Under the pieces are notes generated by a model that worked only from the letters and a program-made list of their open reading frames with translations, did not search any database and was not told where the DNA came from. DNA of 29,271 nt from Thermaerobacter marianensis (GTDB taxonomy: Bacteria; Bacillota; Sulfobacillia; DYIH01): NCBI GenBank assembly GCA_020723785.1, contig DYIH01000001.1:1-29271 (forward strand), read 5' to 3'. The position numbers and the translations under genes are program-made. Shown here one piece after another: positions 1 to 8,745 of this stretch (the stretch's first letter is position 1; each line of letters opens with the position of its first letter).

Positions 1-292
1 GTGGTTAATGAGCCTATCGCGCCAAGGTGGGGCCAGCAAGTCCCGTCCCTCCACCATGACGTCCTCGGGGATGATCCGCCGGAGATCTTCCGGTACGGCC
101 AGGCGTGGAGCCGCTGGTTCAGCCGCGCTCCATGGTCGATCCCACCACCAGACGGGCTTCCAGACGCCCGGCCAGCTTACAGTTGTTCGCTGCTACAGAG
201 GAGTTTCCTGCCAGGAACCAAGCGCGAGCGGGTCCGTGTATCCCCTCAATGAATCGAGGGGGATTACAGCCCCCTCGCGCTCTCCCGGTTTT

Positions 293-321
293 CTAAATGA
301 GGCTGGGCGTTCCAACGATAT
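293..321 (+). promoter_or_regulatory. Possible sigma-28/SigD-type promoter for the HD-GYP gene
   Basis: CTAAA (293-297) and ACGATAT (315-321) resemble the SigD consensus CTAAA-N16-CCGATAT with one mismatch and a 17-nt spacer, about 65 nt upstream of the proposed start. Confidence 0.3.
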
Positions 322-385
322 TGTGAGAAAAACAGTAACCGCACCTTTCACCGCCCAGCACTGTAGCTGCAAAGGGGGAACCTCG

Positions 386-1498
386 TTGCGCCCGGCCCCG
401 CTCTCACCCGCCCTCACCGGCCATACACTGGGAAAGACCGTCTACGCCGCCGATGGGAACCCCTTGCTGACAGCCGGAACCCGTCTCACCGCGCAGATGA
501 TCCAGACGCTCAGGAACCGTGGCTACGCCAGCGTGATCATCCGGAACGAGTTTTTCCCGGACCTGGAGACCGACGAAGCTGTCGGCGAAGAAACCAGGGT
601 GCGCACCGTCGCCCTCGCGAAGAAGGCCATGGAGGCCCTCACGGATGGCCGGCAGGTCAGCCTGACCCCGGTCAACCGGGCGGTCGACGAGCTGATCAAC
701 GCCCTGGAATGCCGCCCGCCGGGCCACGTGCACACCCTGTACTGGCAGCGGAGCATTGCGGAGGAGATCTATGCACACAGTGTAAACGTCTGTATCCTGT
801 CGCTGATCGTCGGCATCGGGCTCGGCTATTCCCGCTCGGACCTGCACAAGCTGGGGGTCGGCGCCCTGTTTCATGACGTGGGCAAACTTGGCTGCGGCGA
901 ACTGCATCGCAAGGCGACCCCCCTGACCCCCGAGGAGTGGGAACTCGCCAAGACCCACAGCCGCGCCGGCTATGACCTCCTGCACGACCGTGCCGAAATC
1001 AGCCTGCTCTCGGCCCACGTGGCCTGGCAACACCATGAACGGCTTGACGGCTCCGGTTACCCGCGGGGGCTGAAAGGGCCGGAGATCCACGAGTTCGCCC
1101 GCATCGCCGCCGTCGCCAACGCCTTCGACGCCCTGGTCGCCGACCGCCCGTACCGGAATGGCACGCCCCCGCACCTGGTGGTCGGACGACTCCAACCGCT
1201 GGCCGGCCGCCATCTGGATCCGAAGATGACGGGAATCCTCTTCAGCCGCCTCGAACGCTACCCCGTCGGCACCATCGTGACGCTGGTCACAGGGGAAGTC
1301 GCCGTCGTCACCGGGCAGAACGCCTGGCAACCAGAACGCCCGCGCGTCCGCGTCGTGGCCGATCGGGACCACCGGCTCATCTCGCCCTATGACCTGAACC
1401 TGGCGGAACACACTGCGGCGGCGGTCAGGGAGGTCCTCGGCGATTACCCGGCCCGCGTCAGGGAACACCTGGCCGACGGCTCCCGCGGCACCGTTTGA
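386..1498 (+). CDS. HD-GYP domain protein (putative cyclic dinucleotide phosphodiesterase)
   Basis: Motifs YAHSVNV, LFHDVGK, KTHSRAG, QHHERLDGSGYPRGL. Start set at TTG 386, in frame with ORF 8..1498, after the RBS-like AAAGGGGG. N-terminus LGKTVYAADGNPLLTAGTRLT is typical of Firmicute HD-GYP proteins. Confidence 0.88.
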   Translation: MRPAPLSPALTGHTLGKTVYAADGNPLLTAGTRLTAQMIQTLRNRGYASVIIRNEFFPDLETDEAVGEETRVRTVALAKKAMEALTDGRQVSLTPVNRAVDELINALECRPPGHVHTLYWQRSIAEEIYAHSVNVCILSLIVGIGLGYSRSDLHKLGVGALFHDVGKLGCGELHRKATPLTPEEWELAKTHSRAGYDLLHDRAEISLLSAHVAWQHHERLDGSGYPRGLKGPEIHEFARIAAVANAFDALVADRPYRNGTPPHLVVGRLQPLAGRHLDPKMTGILFSRLERYPVGTIVTLVTGEVAVVTGQNAWQPERPRVRVVADRDHRLISPYDLNLAEHTAAAVREVLGDYPARVREHLADGSRGTV

Positions 1499-1526
1499 GA
1501 CCGGCGCGTTCCTGCAGCGATCGATG

Positions 1527-3095
1527 TCAATGACGGAAGTGGCGGCGGCCGGTGAAGAGCATGATCAGGCCCCGCTCGTCCGCCACACGGATCGACTCCT
1601 CGTCGCGCACCGACCCGCCGGGTTGGACGACGGCCCGGATGCCGGCCTCGGCGGCCGCCTCCACCGTGTCGGCGAAGGGGAAGAAGGCGTCCGACGCCAG
1701 GTACGCGCCCCGCGCCCTCTCCCCCGCCTGGCGCAGGGCGATGCGGGCGGCGTCCACCCGGTTGGTCTGCCCCGCCCCGATGCCCAGGGTCTGCCTCCCT
1801 GCCGCCACCACGATGGCGTTGGACTTGACGTGCTTGACGACCTTCCAAGCAAAGAGCAGTTCGAGGAGGTCATCCTCGGTCGGCCGTGCTCTCGTCGCGC
1901 AGTGCCACTCGGCCGGCGACGCCCCCGGCGCATCGGACTCCTGCAGAAGGAGGCCGCCGTCGACGCGGCGCAATTCGAAGGGCCGCGGCGGGCACTCGTT
2001 CGGCACCCCGCCGGCGCCGCCCGGCAGCGGCACTCGCAGGAGCCGCAGGTTCTTCCTGGCCACCAGCATCTCCCGGGCCTCCGGGGTGAACTCCGGAGCG
2101 ATGATCACTTCCAGGAAGACGTCCGCCAGCGCGTGGGCCGTCTGGCCGTCAAGGGGCCGGTTGAAGGCCAGGATGCCGCCGAAGATGGACACCGGGTCGG
2201 CCGCGTAAGCCTTGCCGTAGGCCTTCACCAGTGTCTCGTCGAGACCGACGCCGCAGGGGTTGGCGTGCTTGACGGCGACGCAGGCCGGCTCGGCGAACTC
2301 CCGCACCAGCGCCCAGGCCGCCTGGGCGTCGTTTAGGTTGTTGTACGACAGCTCCTTGCCCTGCAGCTGCTCGGCCGACGCCAGGGTCGATCCCGCCGGC
2401 AAAGGGTCGCGGTAAAAGGCCGCCCGCTGGTGGGGGTTCTCCCCGTAGCGCAGCGGGGCCACCTTCTCGAAGGCCAGGGTCAGCTCTCGGGGGAAATCCA
2501 GCAGGCCGGCGCCGGCGCGGGCGCCCAGGTATTCGCCGATCAGGGCGTCGTAGAACGCGGTGTGCTGGAACGCCTCCACCGCCAGAGCCAGGCGCACCGC
2601 CTCGTCCAGGTCGCCGCCGGCCCGCAGGGCGCTGAGGACGAACGCGTACCGCTCCGGGTTGACGACGACGATCACGTCCCGGTGGTTCTTGGCCGCCGAA
2701 CGGATCATCGCCGGACCGCCGATGTCGATGTTTTCGATGGCCTCCTCCAGCCTCACGCCGGGCTTGCTCACGGTGGCACGGAAGGGATAGAGGTTGACGG
2801 CCACCAGGTCGATGGGCATGATGCCGTGTTCGGCCATCTGGCGCCGGTGCCGGGGCAGGTCCCGGCGGGCCAGGATGCCGCCGTGGACGAGCGGGTGCAG
2901 GGTCTTGACGCGCCCGTCCAGGATCTCCGGGAACCCGGTCACCTGGTCCACGGGCGTCACTACGACCCCCGCCTCCTGCAGGACGGCAGCCGTCCCCCCG
3001 GTGGAGACGATCTCCACACCCAGTTCCGCCAGGCCGCGGGCGAACTCGACGATGCCTTGCTTATCGGAAACGCTGAGGAGTGCCCGTTTGATCAT
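1527..3095 (-). CDS. purH: Bifunctional AICAR transformylase/IMP cyclohydrolase
   Basis: [46 protein letters not shown] and SDAFFPF motifs. Confidence 0.98.
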   Translation of the reverse strand: MIKRALLSVSDKQGIVEFARGLAELGVEIVSTGGTAAVLQEAGVVVTPVDQVTGFPEILDGRVKTLHPLVHGGILARRDLPRHRRQMAEHGIMPIDLVAVNLYPFRATVSKPGVRLEEAIENIDIGGPAMIRSAAKNHRDVIVVVNPERYAFVLSALRAGGDLDEAVRLALAVEAFQHTAFYDALIGEYLGARAGAGLLDFPRELTLAFEKVAPLRYGENPHQRAAFYRDPLPAGSTLASAEQLQGKELSYNNLNDAQAAWALVREFAEPACVAVKHANPCGVGLDETLVKAYGKAYAADPVSIFGGILAFNRPLDGQTAHALADVFLEVIIAPEFTPEAREMLVARKNLRLLRVPLPGGAGGVPNECPPRPFELRRVDGGLLLQESDAPGASPAEWHCATRARPTEDDLLELLFAWKVVKHVKSNAIVVAAGRQTLGIGAGQTNRVDAARIALRQAGERARGAYLASDAFFPFADTVEAAAEAGIRAVVQPGGSVRDEESIRVADERGLIMLFTGRRHFRH

Positions 3096-3110
3096 CCGAG
3101 CAACCGCCCT

Positions 3111-3779
3111 TCACTTGATGTAAACGCGCCGCCCCTGCACCTCGACCCGCCCCTCGGCTATGAGTCGGATGGCCTCCGGGTAGAGGCGGTGCTCCTGCTC
3201 CAGGATGCGCGCCGCCAGGCTGTCCTCGTCGTCGTCCTCCAGCACCGGCACCGCCGCCTGCAGGATGATCGGGCCGCTGTCCAGCCCCTCGTCCACGAAG
3301 TGGACGGTGCAGCCGGCCACCTTGACACCGTATTCCAGGGCCTGGCGCTGGGCGTGCAGCCCGGGGAAGGCGGGCAGCAGGGACGGGTGGATGTGGACGA
3401 TCCGGCCGGGGAAGGCGTCGAGGAAGGCCGGGCCGAGGATGCGCATGTACCCGGCCAGCACGACCAGTTGGACGGCATGGGCGTTGAGGCGCTCGGCCAG
3501 GGCGCGGTCGAAGGCCTCCCGGCCGGCGTGGGCCTGCGGGTCGACGAATTCCGCCGCGACCCCCGCCTGCCGCGCCCGCTCCAGGGCCTTGGCGTCCGCC
3601 TTGTCGCTGAGGACAGCGGCCACCTCGGCCGGCAGCCGGCCCGCGGCGATGGCCTCCAGGATGGCCTGCAGGTTGCTACCCCGGCCCGAGGCCAGGACGC
3701 CCAGGCGGAGTCGCCCGCCGCCGCCCGCCGCGGCCGCCGCGCGGGCGGTGGCGGCCGCGCCTTCAGTCCGAGTAGACAA
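3111..3779 (-). CDS. purN: Phosphoribosylglycinamide formyltransferase
   Basis: [50 protein letters not shown] start overlaps the purM 3' end. Ala/Gly-rich N-terminal extension; exact start uncertain. Confidence 0.95.
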   Translation of the reverse strand: MSTRTEGAAATARAAAAAGGGGRLRLGVLASGRGSNLQAILEAIAAGRLPAEVAAVLSDKADAKALERARQAGVAAEFVDPQAHAGREAFDRALAERLNAHAVQLVVLAGYMRILGPAFLDAFPGRIVHIHPSLLPAFPGLHAQRQALEYGVKVAGCTVHFVDEGLDSGPIILQAAVPVLEDDDEDSLAARILEQEHRLYPEAIRLIAEGRVEVQGRRVYIK

Positions 3780-4830
3780 CCTTGCGCTCGCCCCCCAGGA
3801 CCTCGCCGACGATCCAGGCCTCCTGCTCCATCTCCCGCAGGCGCCGGACGGCCCGGTCGGCGGCGTCGCCGGGCACGATCAACACCAGGCCCAGCCCCAT
3901 GTTGAAGGTCCGGCGCATCTCCGCCTCGTCGATCCCGCCCCCCAGGCGCCGCGCCGTATCGCGGATAAAGCCGAAAACGGGCGGCTCGCGCCAGGCGCCG
4001 GGCCGCAGAAGGGCGGCGGTCCCCTCCGGAAGCACGCGGGGGATGTTCCCCGTCAGCCCGCCGCCGGTGATGTGGGCCATGCCCCTGACGGGCAGTCCCT
4101 CCTCCAGCAGGGCGAGGACCGGTTTGACGTAGATCCGCGTCGGCTCCAGCAGTTCCTCGCCCAACACGCGGCCGAACTCCGGCACATGCTGGTCCAGGGG
4201 CAGCCGGGCCTCCTCCAGAAGCAGTCGGCGCACCAGGGAATAGCCGTTGGAGTGCAGCCCCGACGAGGCCAGGCCGACGATGGCGTCGCCCGGAACGATA
4301 TTCCTGCCGTCGATGACCCGCTCCCGGTCGACGGCGCCGACGGCGAAGCCCGCCAAGTCGTATTCGCCGGCCGGGTAGAATCCGGGCATCTCCGCCGTCT
4401 CGCCCCCCAGCAGGGCGCAACCGGCCCGGGCGCAGCCCTCGGCCACGCCCTTGACGATGTCGGCCACTTGGTAGGGCTCCAGCTTGCCGGCGGCCAGGTA
4501 GTCGAGGAAAAAGAGGGGCTCGGCCCCCTGGACGAGGACGTCGTTGACGCTCATCGCCACGCAGTCGATACCGACCGTGTCGTGGAGGTCCAGGGCGAAG
4601 GCGACCTTCAGCTTGGTCCCCACACCGTCGGCACCGGCCACCAGCACGGGCTGCCGGTACCTGTCGACCCGCAGGGCGAAGAGCCCCCCGAACCCGCCCA
4701 GGTCGGTCAGCACCTCGGGACGGAAGGTGCGGCGCACGTGCTGCTTCATCAGTTCCACGGCCTGCTCACCGGCGGCCACGTCCACTCCGGCGCCCCGGTA
4801 CGTCCACCGGGGCTCGTCTCCCCGTTCCAA
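3763..4830 (-). CDS. purM: Phosphoribosylformylglycinamidine cyclo-ligase (AIR synthetase)
   Basis: [55 protein letters not shown]. Start set at TTG 4830 with GGGGTGA 7 nt upstream. Confidence 0.97.
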   Translation of the reverse strand: MERGDEPRWTYRGAGVDVAAGEQAVELMKQHVRRTFRPEVLTDLGGFGGLFALRVDRYRQPVLVAGADGVGTKLKVAFALDLHDTVGIDCVAMSVNDVLVQGAEPLFFLDYLAAGKLEPYQVADIVKGVAEGCARAGCALLGGETAEMPGFYPAGEYDLAGFAVGAVDRERVIDGRNIVPGDAIVGLASSGLHSNGYSLVRRLLLEEARLPLDQHVPEFGRVLGEELLEPTRIYVKPVLALLEEGLPVRGMAHITGGGLTGNIPRVLPEGTAALLRPGAWREPPVFGFIRDTARRLGGGIDEAEMRRTFNMGLGLVLIVPGDAADRAVRRLREMEQEAWIVGEVLGGERKVVYSD

Positions 4831-4866
4831 GCCGTAATCACCCCGCAGGGAAGGTCCACAAGGGCT

Positions 4867-4872
4867 ATTGTA
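4867..4872 (-). promoter_or_regulatory. Candidate -10 element (TACAAT) upstream of purM
   Basis: TACAAT lies in the 67-nt nosY-purM gap; no recognisable -35 at 17 nt. Confidence 0.3.
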
Positions 4873-4897
4873 CAAGAAACGGGGGCGGGGGTGTAGG

Positions 4898-5710
4898 CTA
4901 TTCAGGCCGCCGCCAGAGCCGGAGGGCCGCGGCGTAAAACACCGCGCCCCACCCGGCCAGGGCGGGCAGAAGCGCGGCCCAGACCGGGGAGGAGCGTTCC
5001 AGGGCGGCGCCGGCGAAAGGGTTCGGGTCCACGGCTGCCAGGGCTCCTGTGGCCACGAGGGCCACGGCCCGTCCCGCCTCGACGGGGTTGGCGGCCAGCA
5101 GCACCAGCACCGCCCCCGAAGCCGCCCGCGGCGGCAGGGCCAGCCCCAGCCCGACGGCCATCAGGTCGTAGATCAGGGAGGCGAAGACCCAGACGGCCAG
5201 GCCGGCCAGCAACGCCGCCGGCCGCCGGCGCAACCACGCCGCGCACAGGGCGCCGAGCGCCGCGGCGTCGGCGCCGACGATCGTTCCGACGGCCCATAGG
5301 GCCGGAAGCGCCCGCCACGCCTCCTGGAAGGACAACAGTAAACCGGCGCCCGCCAGCCCCAGAGCGAGGCCGCCGGAGACGACGAGCCCTGCCGCGGTTA
5401 CCTTGGCACACAGGACGGCCCCGTGCCGGAAGGCAGGGGCCATCAGGTACCAGCCTGCACCCTCCGCGGTCAGCGACGAGACGCCCTGGACCACGCCCGT
5501 GAGCGCCGCCAGGTACACGACGGCGAGGCTGAGGCCAAGCAGCACCCTGGCCCCGCCGGCGGGGGTGGGGCCGGCCACCCCGTTCTCCAGGAAGGCCAGC
5601 CCGGCGGCGCAGAGGAAAAGCGTCGACGCCAGCGCCGGCAGGGCCGGCGACCTGCGGAGCTGGAGCAATTCGAGTGTGAGTGCGGAACGGAAGGCCGCCG
5701 CGAAAAACAT
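4898..5710 (-). CDS. nosY: ABC-2 type permease of the N2O reductase maturation system
   Basis: Multi-TM hydrophobic protein, strong RBS (GGAGGAGG), directly after the nosF-like ATPase in the nos cluster. Confidence 0.8.
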   Translation of the reverse strand: MFFAAAFRSALTLELLQLRRSPALPALASTLFLCAAGLAFLENGVAGPTPAGGARVLLGLSLAVVYLAALTGVVQGVSSLTAEGAGWYLMAPAFRHGAVLCAKVTAAGLVVSGGLALGLAGAGLLLSFQEAWRALPALWAVGTIVGADAAALGALCAAWLRRRPAALLAGLAVWVFASLIYDLMAVGLGLALPPRAASGAVLVLLAANPVEAGRAVALVATGALAAVDPNPFAGAALERSSPVWAALLPALAGWGAVFYAAALRLWRRPE

Positions 5711-5725
5711 GGCCTCCTCCCCCTT

Positions 5726-6382
5726 TCATTGCGCTATGACGCCATCACGCAGCGACAACAGGCGGTCGGCCACGTCCCTGAACATGCCCGGCTGGTGGGT
5801 GGCCACCAGCACCACCTTCCCTCGGGCCCTCCATTCACGGATGAGCCCCACCGCCCCCCGGAGCGCCCCCGCGTCGAGGCTGTCCAGCGGTTCGTCCAAG
5901 AGGAGCACGTCCGGATCGGCGAGGTGGAGCAGGGCCAGGCCCAGCCGGCGGACCATGCCCCCCGACCACCCCCCTACCGGAAACGGGAGGTGTTCCTCCA
6001 GCCCCAGCAGGCCGGCCGCCGCCCTGACGCGCTCCGGGCCGTCTCCTGTCAGGCGGGACGAGGCGGTGGGGGATGAGGCGACCGCCACCGCGGCGAGCAA
6101 TTCCCCGCCCCGCAGGGCCGGCGGAAAGGCAGGCTGCTGGCTGAGATAACCGACCGCCCCGGGGATCGACACCTCCCCCGCGTGGGGGCGCAACCGGCCG
6201 GCGATCAGACGCAGGAGGGTGGTTTTCCCCGCTCCGTTCGGCCCGCAGACCAGGACGACCTCCCCCGGCGCCACGTCGAGGGAGATGTCCCGCAGCACGC
6301 TCCTCCCGTCGAAACCGCGGCGGACGCCACGCAAACGGACGGCGCCCGCCGGCGGATCAAACGGATCAACGAGGGTGGACAT
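5726..6382 (-). CDS. nosF: ABC ATP-binding protein
   Basis: Walker A GPNGAGKTT, signature WSGGMVRR, Walker B LLLDEP, H-loop VATH; located between nosD and the permease. Confidence 0.85.
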   Translation of the reverse strand: MSTLVDPFDPPAGAVRLRGVRRGFDGRSVLRDISLDVAPGEVVLVCGPNGAGKTTLLRLIAGRLRPHAGEVSIPGAVGYLSQQPAFPPALRGGELLAAVAVASSPTASSRLTGDGPERVRAAAGLLGLEEHLPFPVGGWSGGMVRRLGLALLHLADPDVLLLDEPLDSLDAGALRGAVGLIREWRARGKVVLVATHQPGMFRDVADRLLSLRDGVIAQ

Positions 6383-7769
6383 GGCCGAGCCCCCCTCCCA
6401 CGCCGCCCTTGGACCAGCCGGGATCGGCCCCGCAGCGGCCGGCCTGGGCCGCTTCCGCGCGCTCCAGGACCAGGGCGCGCCCGAGCCAATCGGGCGGGCC
6501 GGCTGCGGGAGCCGGGTCCACCGCCGCCGGGAGCCGGAGCACGCGCTCCAGCCGCTCGAGGAGCCACACGGCCGGGCTCACGGCCAGGAGCGCCCCGGCG
6601 GGGTACGATCCCGCGATGTAGGCCGTCACGCTGAGGGCGCGATGCGGCGGCGCCCCGCCCTGCCCCCACCGCGGACCGCGAGCGGCGGCCCGGTCCCAGT
6701 AGTTGCCGGGCATTACCACGTCGGGGCCGCCCCGTTCCAGCCAGACGTCCTGCGTGTTCCCCACGAAGGCGTTGCCGGCGATGCGGCTGTCGCCGGAGTT
6801 GCCCGCCAGGTAGAGCCCCACCCTGTTCCGGGTGAGGAGGTTGCCCGTGATCCCGGAGCGGTTGGCCCCGTCCAGGCCGAAACCGCGCTGCCACCCGGCC
6901 AGGATATTGTCCCGGACGGTGGAGTCGTCGGCGTCCTTGAGCAGCAGCCCGTAACCGCGCGGGTCCCCGTCGCCCACGAACACGTTGTCCCGCACCGCAA
7001 TGCCGTGGGAGAGCATCACGCCCGCACCCACGAGGCCCGGCCCGGCGCGGTTGCCGGCGATGGTATTGGCGCCGGAATTCATGACGTGCAGGGCGATGCG
7101 GTGCTCGCGGATAACGTTGCCGCGCACCACGTTCCCCGTCGCGTAGTCGAGGTATATCCCGTCGCGCGCCCGCCGGACGGCGTTGCCCTCGACGATCCCC
7201 CGGTGGGCGTCGAAGATGTGGATGCCGTCCCCCCTGTCCTCCATCCCGGCGGCTGCCAGGCCGGTGATGGAATTGCCTCGGATGACGAAGTACCGTGCCT
7301 GCTCCACATAGATGCCGTGGAGATTTTCCCTCAGGACGTTGGCTTCCACCCTCACCCCGTCGGCCCTGACCCGGATGCCGGCGGCGTCGGTCTCCAGGCG
7401 CCTCCCGCTCCCCTCCACCGTCAGCCCTTCTACGGACGCTCCGGCGGCGGTGACGACGATGACGTCGCCCTTGCCGTCGCCGCGGATGACGGCGCCGGGC
7501 TCGCCGACCAGCCGCACGCGGCGGACCAGGACCAGCGGCCCGTGGTACACGCCGCGACCCAACCGCACCACGTCGCCGGGCGCGGCCTCGCGCAGCGCCC
7601 GCTCCAGCAGGCGCCCACCGCCCCCGTCCGGCCGCACCTCCAGCACCCTCGCCGCCGCCGGGGTCACCGGCCCAAGCAACAGGGGAAACGCGCATAGAGC
7701 AGCCGCGAAGAAAACCGCGGCGCGGCCCCCGCCGGTCAGCCGCGGCACGACCAGCACCGCACGAATCAT
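6366..7769 (-). CDS. nosD: NosD-type periplasmic beta-helix (CASH repeat) maturation protein
   Basis: N-terminal signal, GVYHGPLVL, IRGDGKGDVI, NLHGIY, DRGDGIHI, RDGIY, GNYWD. The ATG at 7769 overlaps the nosB stop (ATGA). Confidence 0.88.
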   Translation of the reverse strand: MIRAVLVVPRLTGGGRAAVFFAAALCAFPLLLGPVTPAAARVLEVRPDGGGGRLLERALREAAPGDVVRLGRGVYHGPLVLVRRVRLVGEPGAVIRGDGKGDVIVVTAAGASVEGLTVEGSGRRLETDAAGIRVRADGVRVEANVLRENLHGIYVEQARYFVIRGNSITGLAAAGMEDRGDGIHIFDAHRGIVEGNAVRRARDGIYLDYATGNVVRGNVIREHRIALHVMNSGANTIAGNRAGPGLVGAGVMLSHGIAVRDNVFVGDGDPRGYGLLLKDADDSTVRDNILAGWQRGFGLDGANRSGITGNLLTRNRVGLYLAGNSGDSRIAGNAFVGNTQDVWLERGGPDVVMPGNYWDRAAARGPRWGQGGAPPHRALSVTAYIAGSYPAGALLAVSPAVWLLERLERVLRLPAAVDPAPAAGPPDWLGRALVLERAEAAQAGRCGADPGWSKGGVGGGLGHVHPR

Positions 7770-8353
7770 TCGTACCGCGGCCATCGCCACACCACCCATG
7801 CCATCGCCGCCAGGGCGAGCAGCGCCAGCCAGCCCCCCGGTTCCAGAACGGAGGTGGTGACGAAGTTGTAGAGCCGGTTCGATCCCAGGAGGGGCGGCGT
7901 GAAGGGCTTCACCCGGAGCGGCGCCTGCGGATCCAGGTCATGCCCGTAAACATAGAGCCAGCGGTAGAGGTCGACGGCGCCGGCCGCCAGGGCCAGACCC
8001 GTGACACCGGCCGCCAGCGCCCCCAGCCGGCGCCGGCCGGCCAGCCCCGCCGCCAGGGCCAGGGCGGCCAGGGCGACGAAGGCGGGGCGCAGCCACCGGA
8101 ACTCCGGCACCTCCGCGGTTTCCAACGGTAACGGCTTCATCCCGATGTAGTGGTTCAGCGTGTTTATGATCGGGATATCGCCCGAAAGGCCCCCGGCCGA
8201 CACCGTCACCCGCAGCCCCTCCGGGTATTGGGGCGCCACGATCCGCATGCTCCACAGCGGCAGGTGGCCGGCCGCCAACAGCGCCGCCGCGGCCAGGAAG
8301 AAGGCGGCGCGGCGGCCGGCGCCCTTCCGGACCTGCTGCGCCACCGAACTCAT
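7766..8353 (-). CDS. nosB: NosB-type membrane protein of clade II nos clusters
   Basis: PLWSMRIVAPQYPEGL, INTLNHYIGMK, WLYVYGHDLDPQAP and PPLLGSNRLYNF motifs with about four hydrophobic segments. ATG overlaps the cytochrome c stop. Confidence 0.85.
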   Translation of the reverse strand: MSSVAQQVRKGAGRRAAFFLAAAALLAAGHLPLWSMRIVAPQYPEGLRVTVSAGGLSGDIPIINTLNHYIGMKPLPLETAEVPEFRWLRPAFVALAALALAAGLAGRRRLGALAAGVTGLALAAGAVDLYRWLYVYGHDLDPQAPLRVKPFTPPLLGSNRLYNFVTTSVLEPGGWLALLALAAMAWVVWRWPRYE

Positions 8354-8745
8354 TTCAGCGTCTTCAGGTAGGCCACCAGGTCGGCCAGATCGCGGTCCGT
8401 CAGACCGGGGTTAGAAGGCATGGTCCCCCCCGTGCGTCCCACGCCGCCGGAGCGGATCCACGCCTTGACGTTGTCGTCCGTGCGCGGTTTGCCGTTGGGC
8501 AGGGTGGTATCCCAGGCCATCACGCCCTTAAGCCCCGGGCAGACCAGCGTGTCGGAGCCGGTGCTGTGACAGCTCGAACACCCCGCCCGTTGAAAGACGT
8601 TGCTGCCCCGGGCGATATCGCCCGCAGCCTTGACGCCCGGCGGCCTGGCGGCCGGAGCCTTGCCCACCTTGGCGCAACCGGCCACCAGCAAGGCGGCCAG
8701 TGAGAGGCCCGCGAGCAACGTGCCCCACCTCGATGCCGACCTCAC
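8350..8745 (-). CDS. Lipoprotein monoheme cytochrome c (NosC-like)
   Basis: Lipobox LVAGC, heme motif CSSCH, distal Met in GTMP. GTG start overlaps the nosZ stop (GTGA). Confidence 0.88.
   Translation of the reverse strand: MRSASRWGTLLAGLSLAALLVAGCAKVGKAPAARPPGVKAAGDIARGSNVFQRAGCSSCHSTGSDTLVCPGLKGVMAWDTTLPNGKPRTDDNVKAWIRSGGVGRTGGTMPSNPGLTDRDLADLVAYLKTLK

Noticed and set aside
1-192. Possible coding fragment on the minus strand at the window edge (PEDLRRIIPEDVMVEG...)
   Set aside because: No start or RBS after the upstream stop and no recognisable motif; cannot be judged without flanking sequence.
258-274. GGGGG-CTGTAAT-CCCCC on the minus strand resembling a tRNA-Tyr anticodon arm
   Set aside because: No D-arm, T-arm (TTCGA) or acceptor stem around it.
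8742-8745. Frameshift fusion of NosZ with the downstream cytochrome c
   Set aside because: No slippery sequence at the GTGA overlap, and the cytochrome has its own lipoprotein signal peptide.
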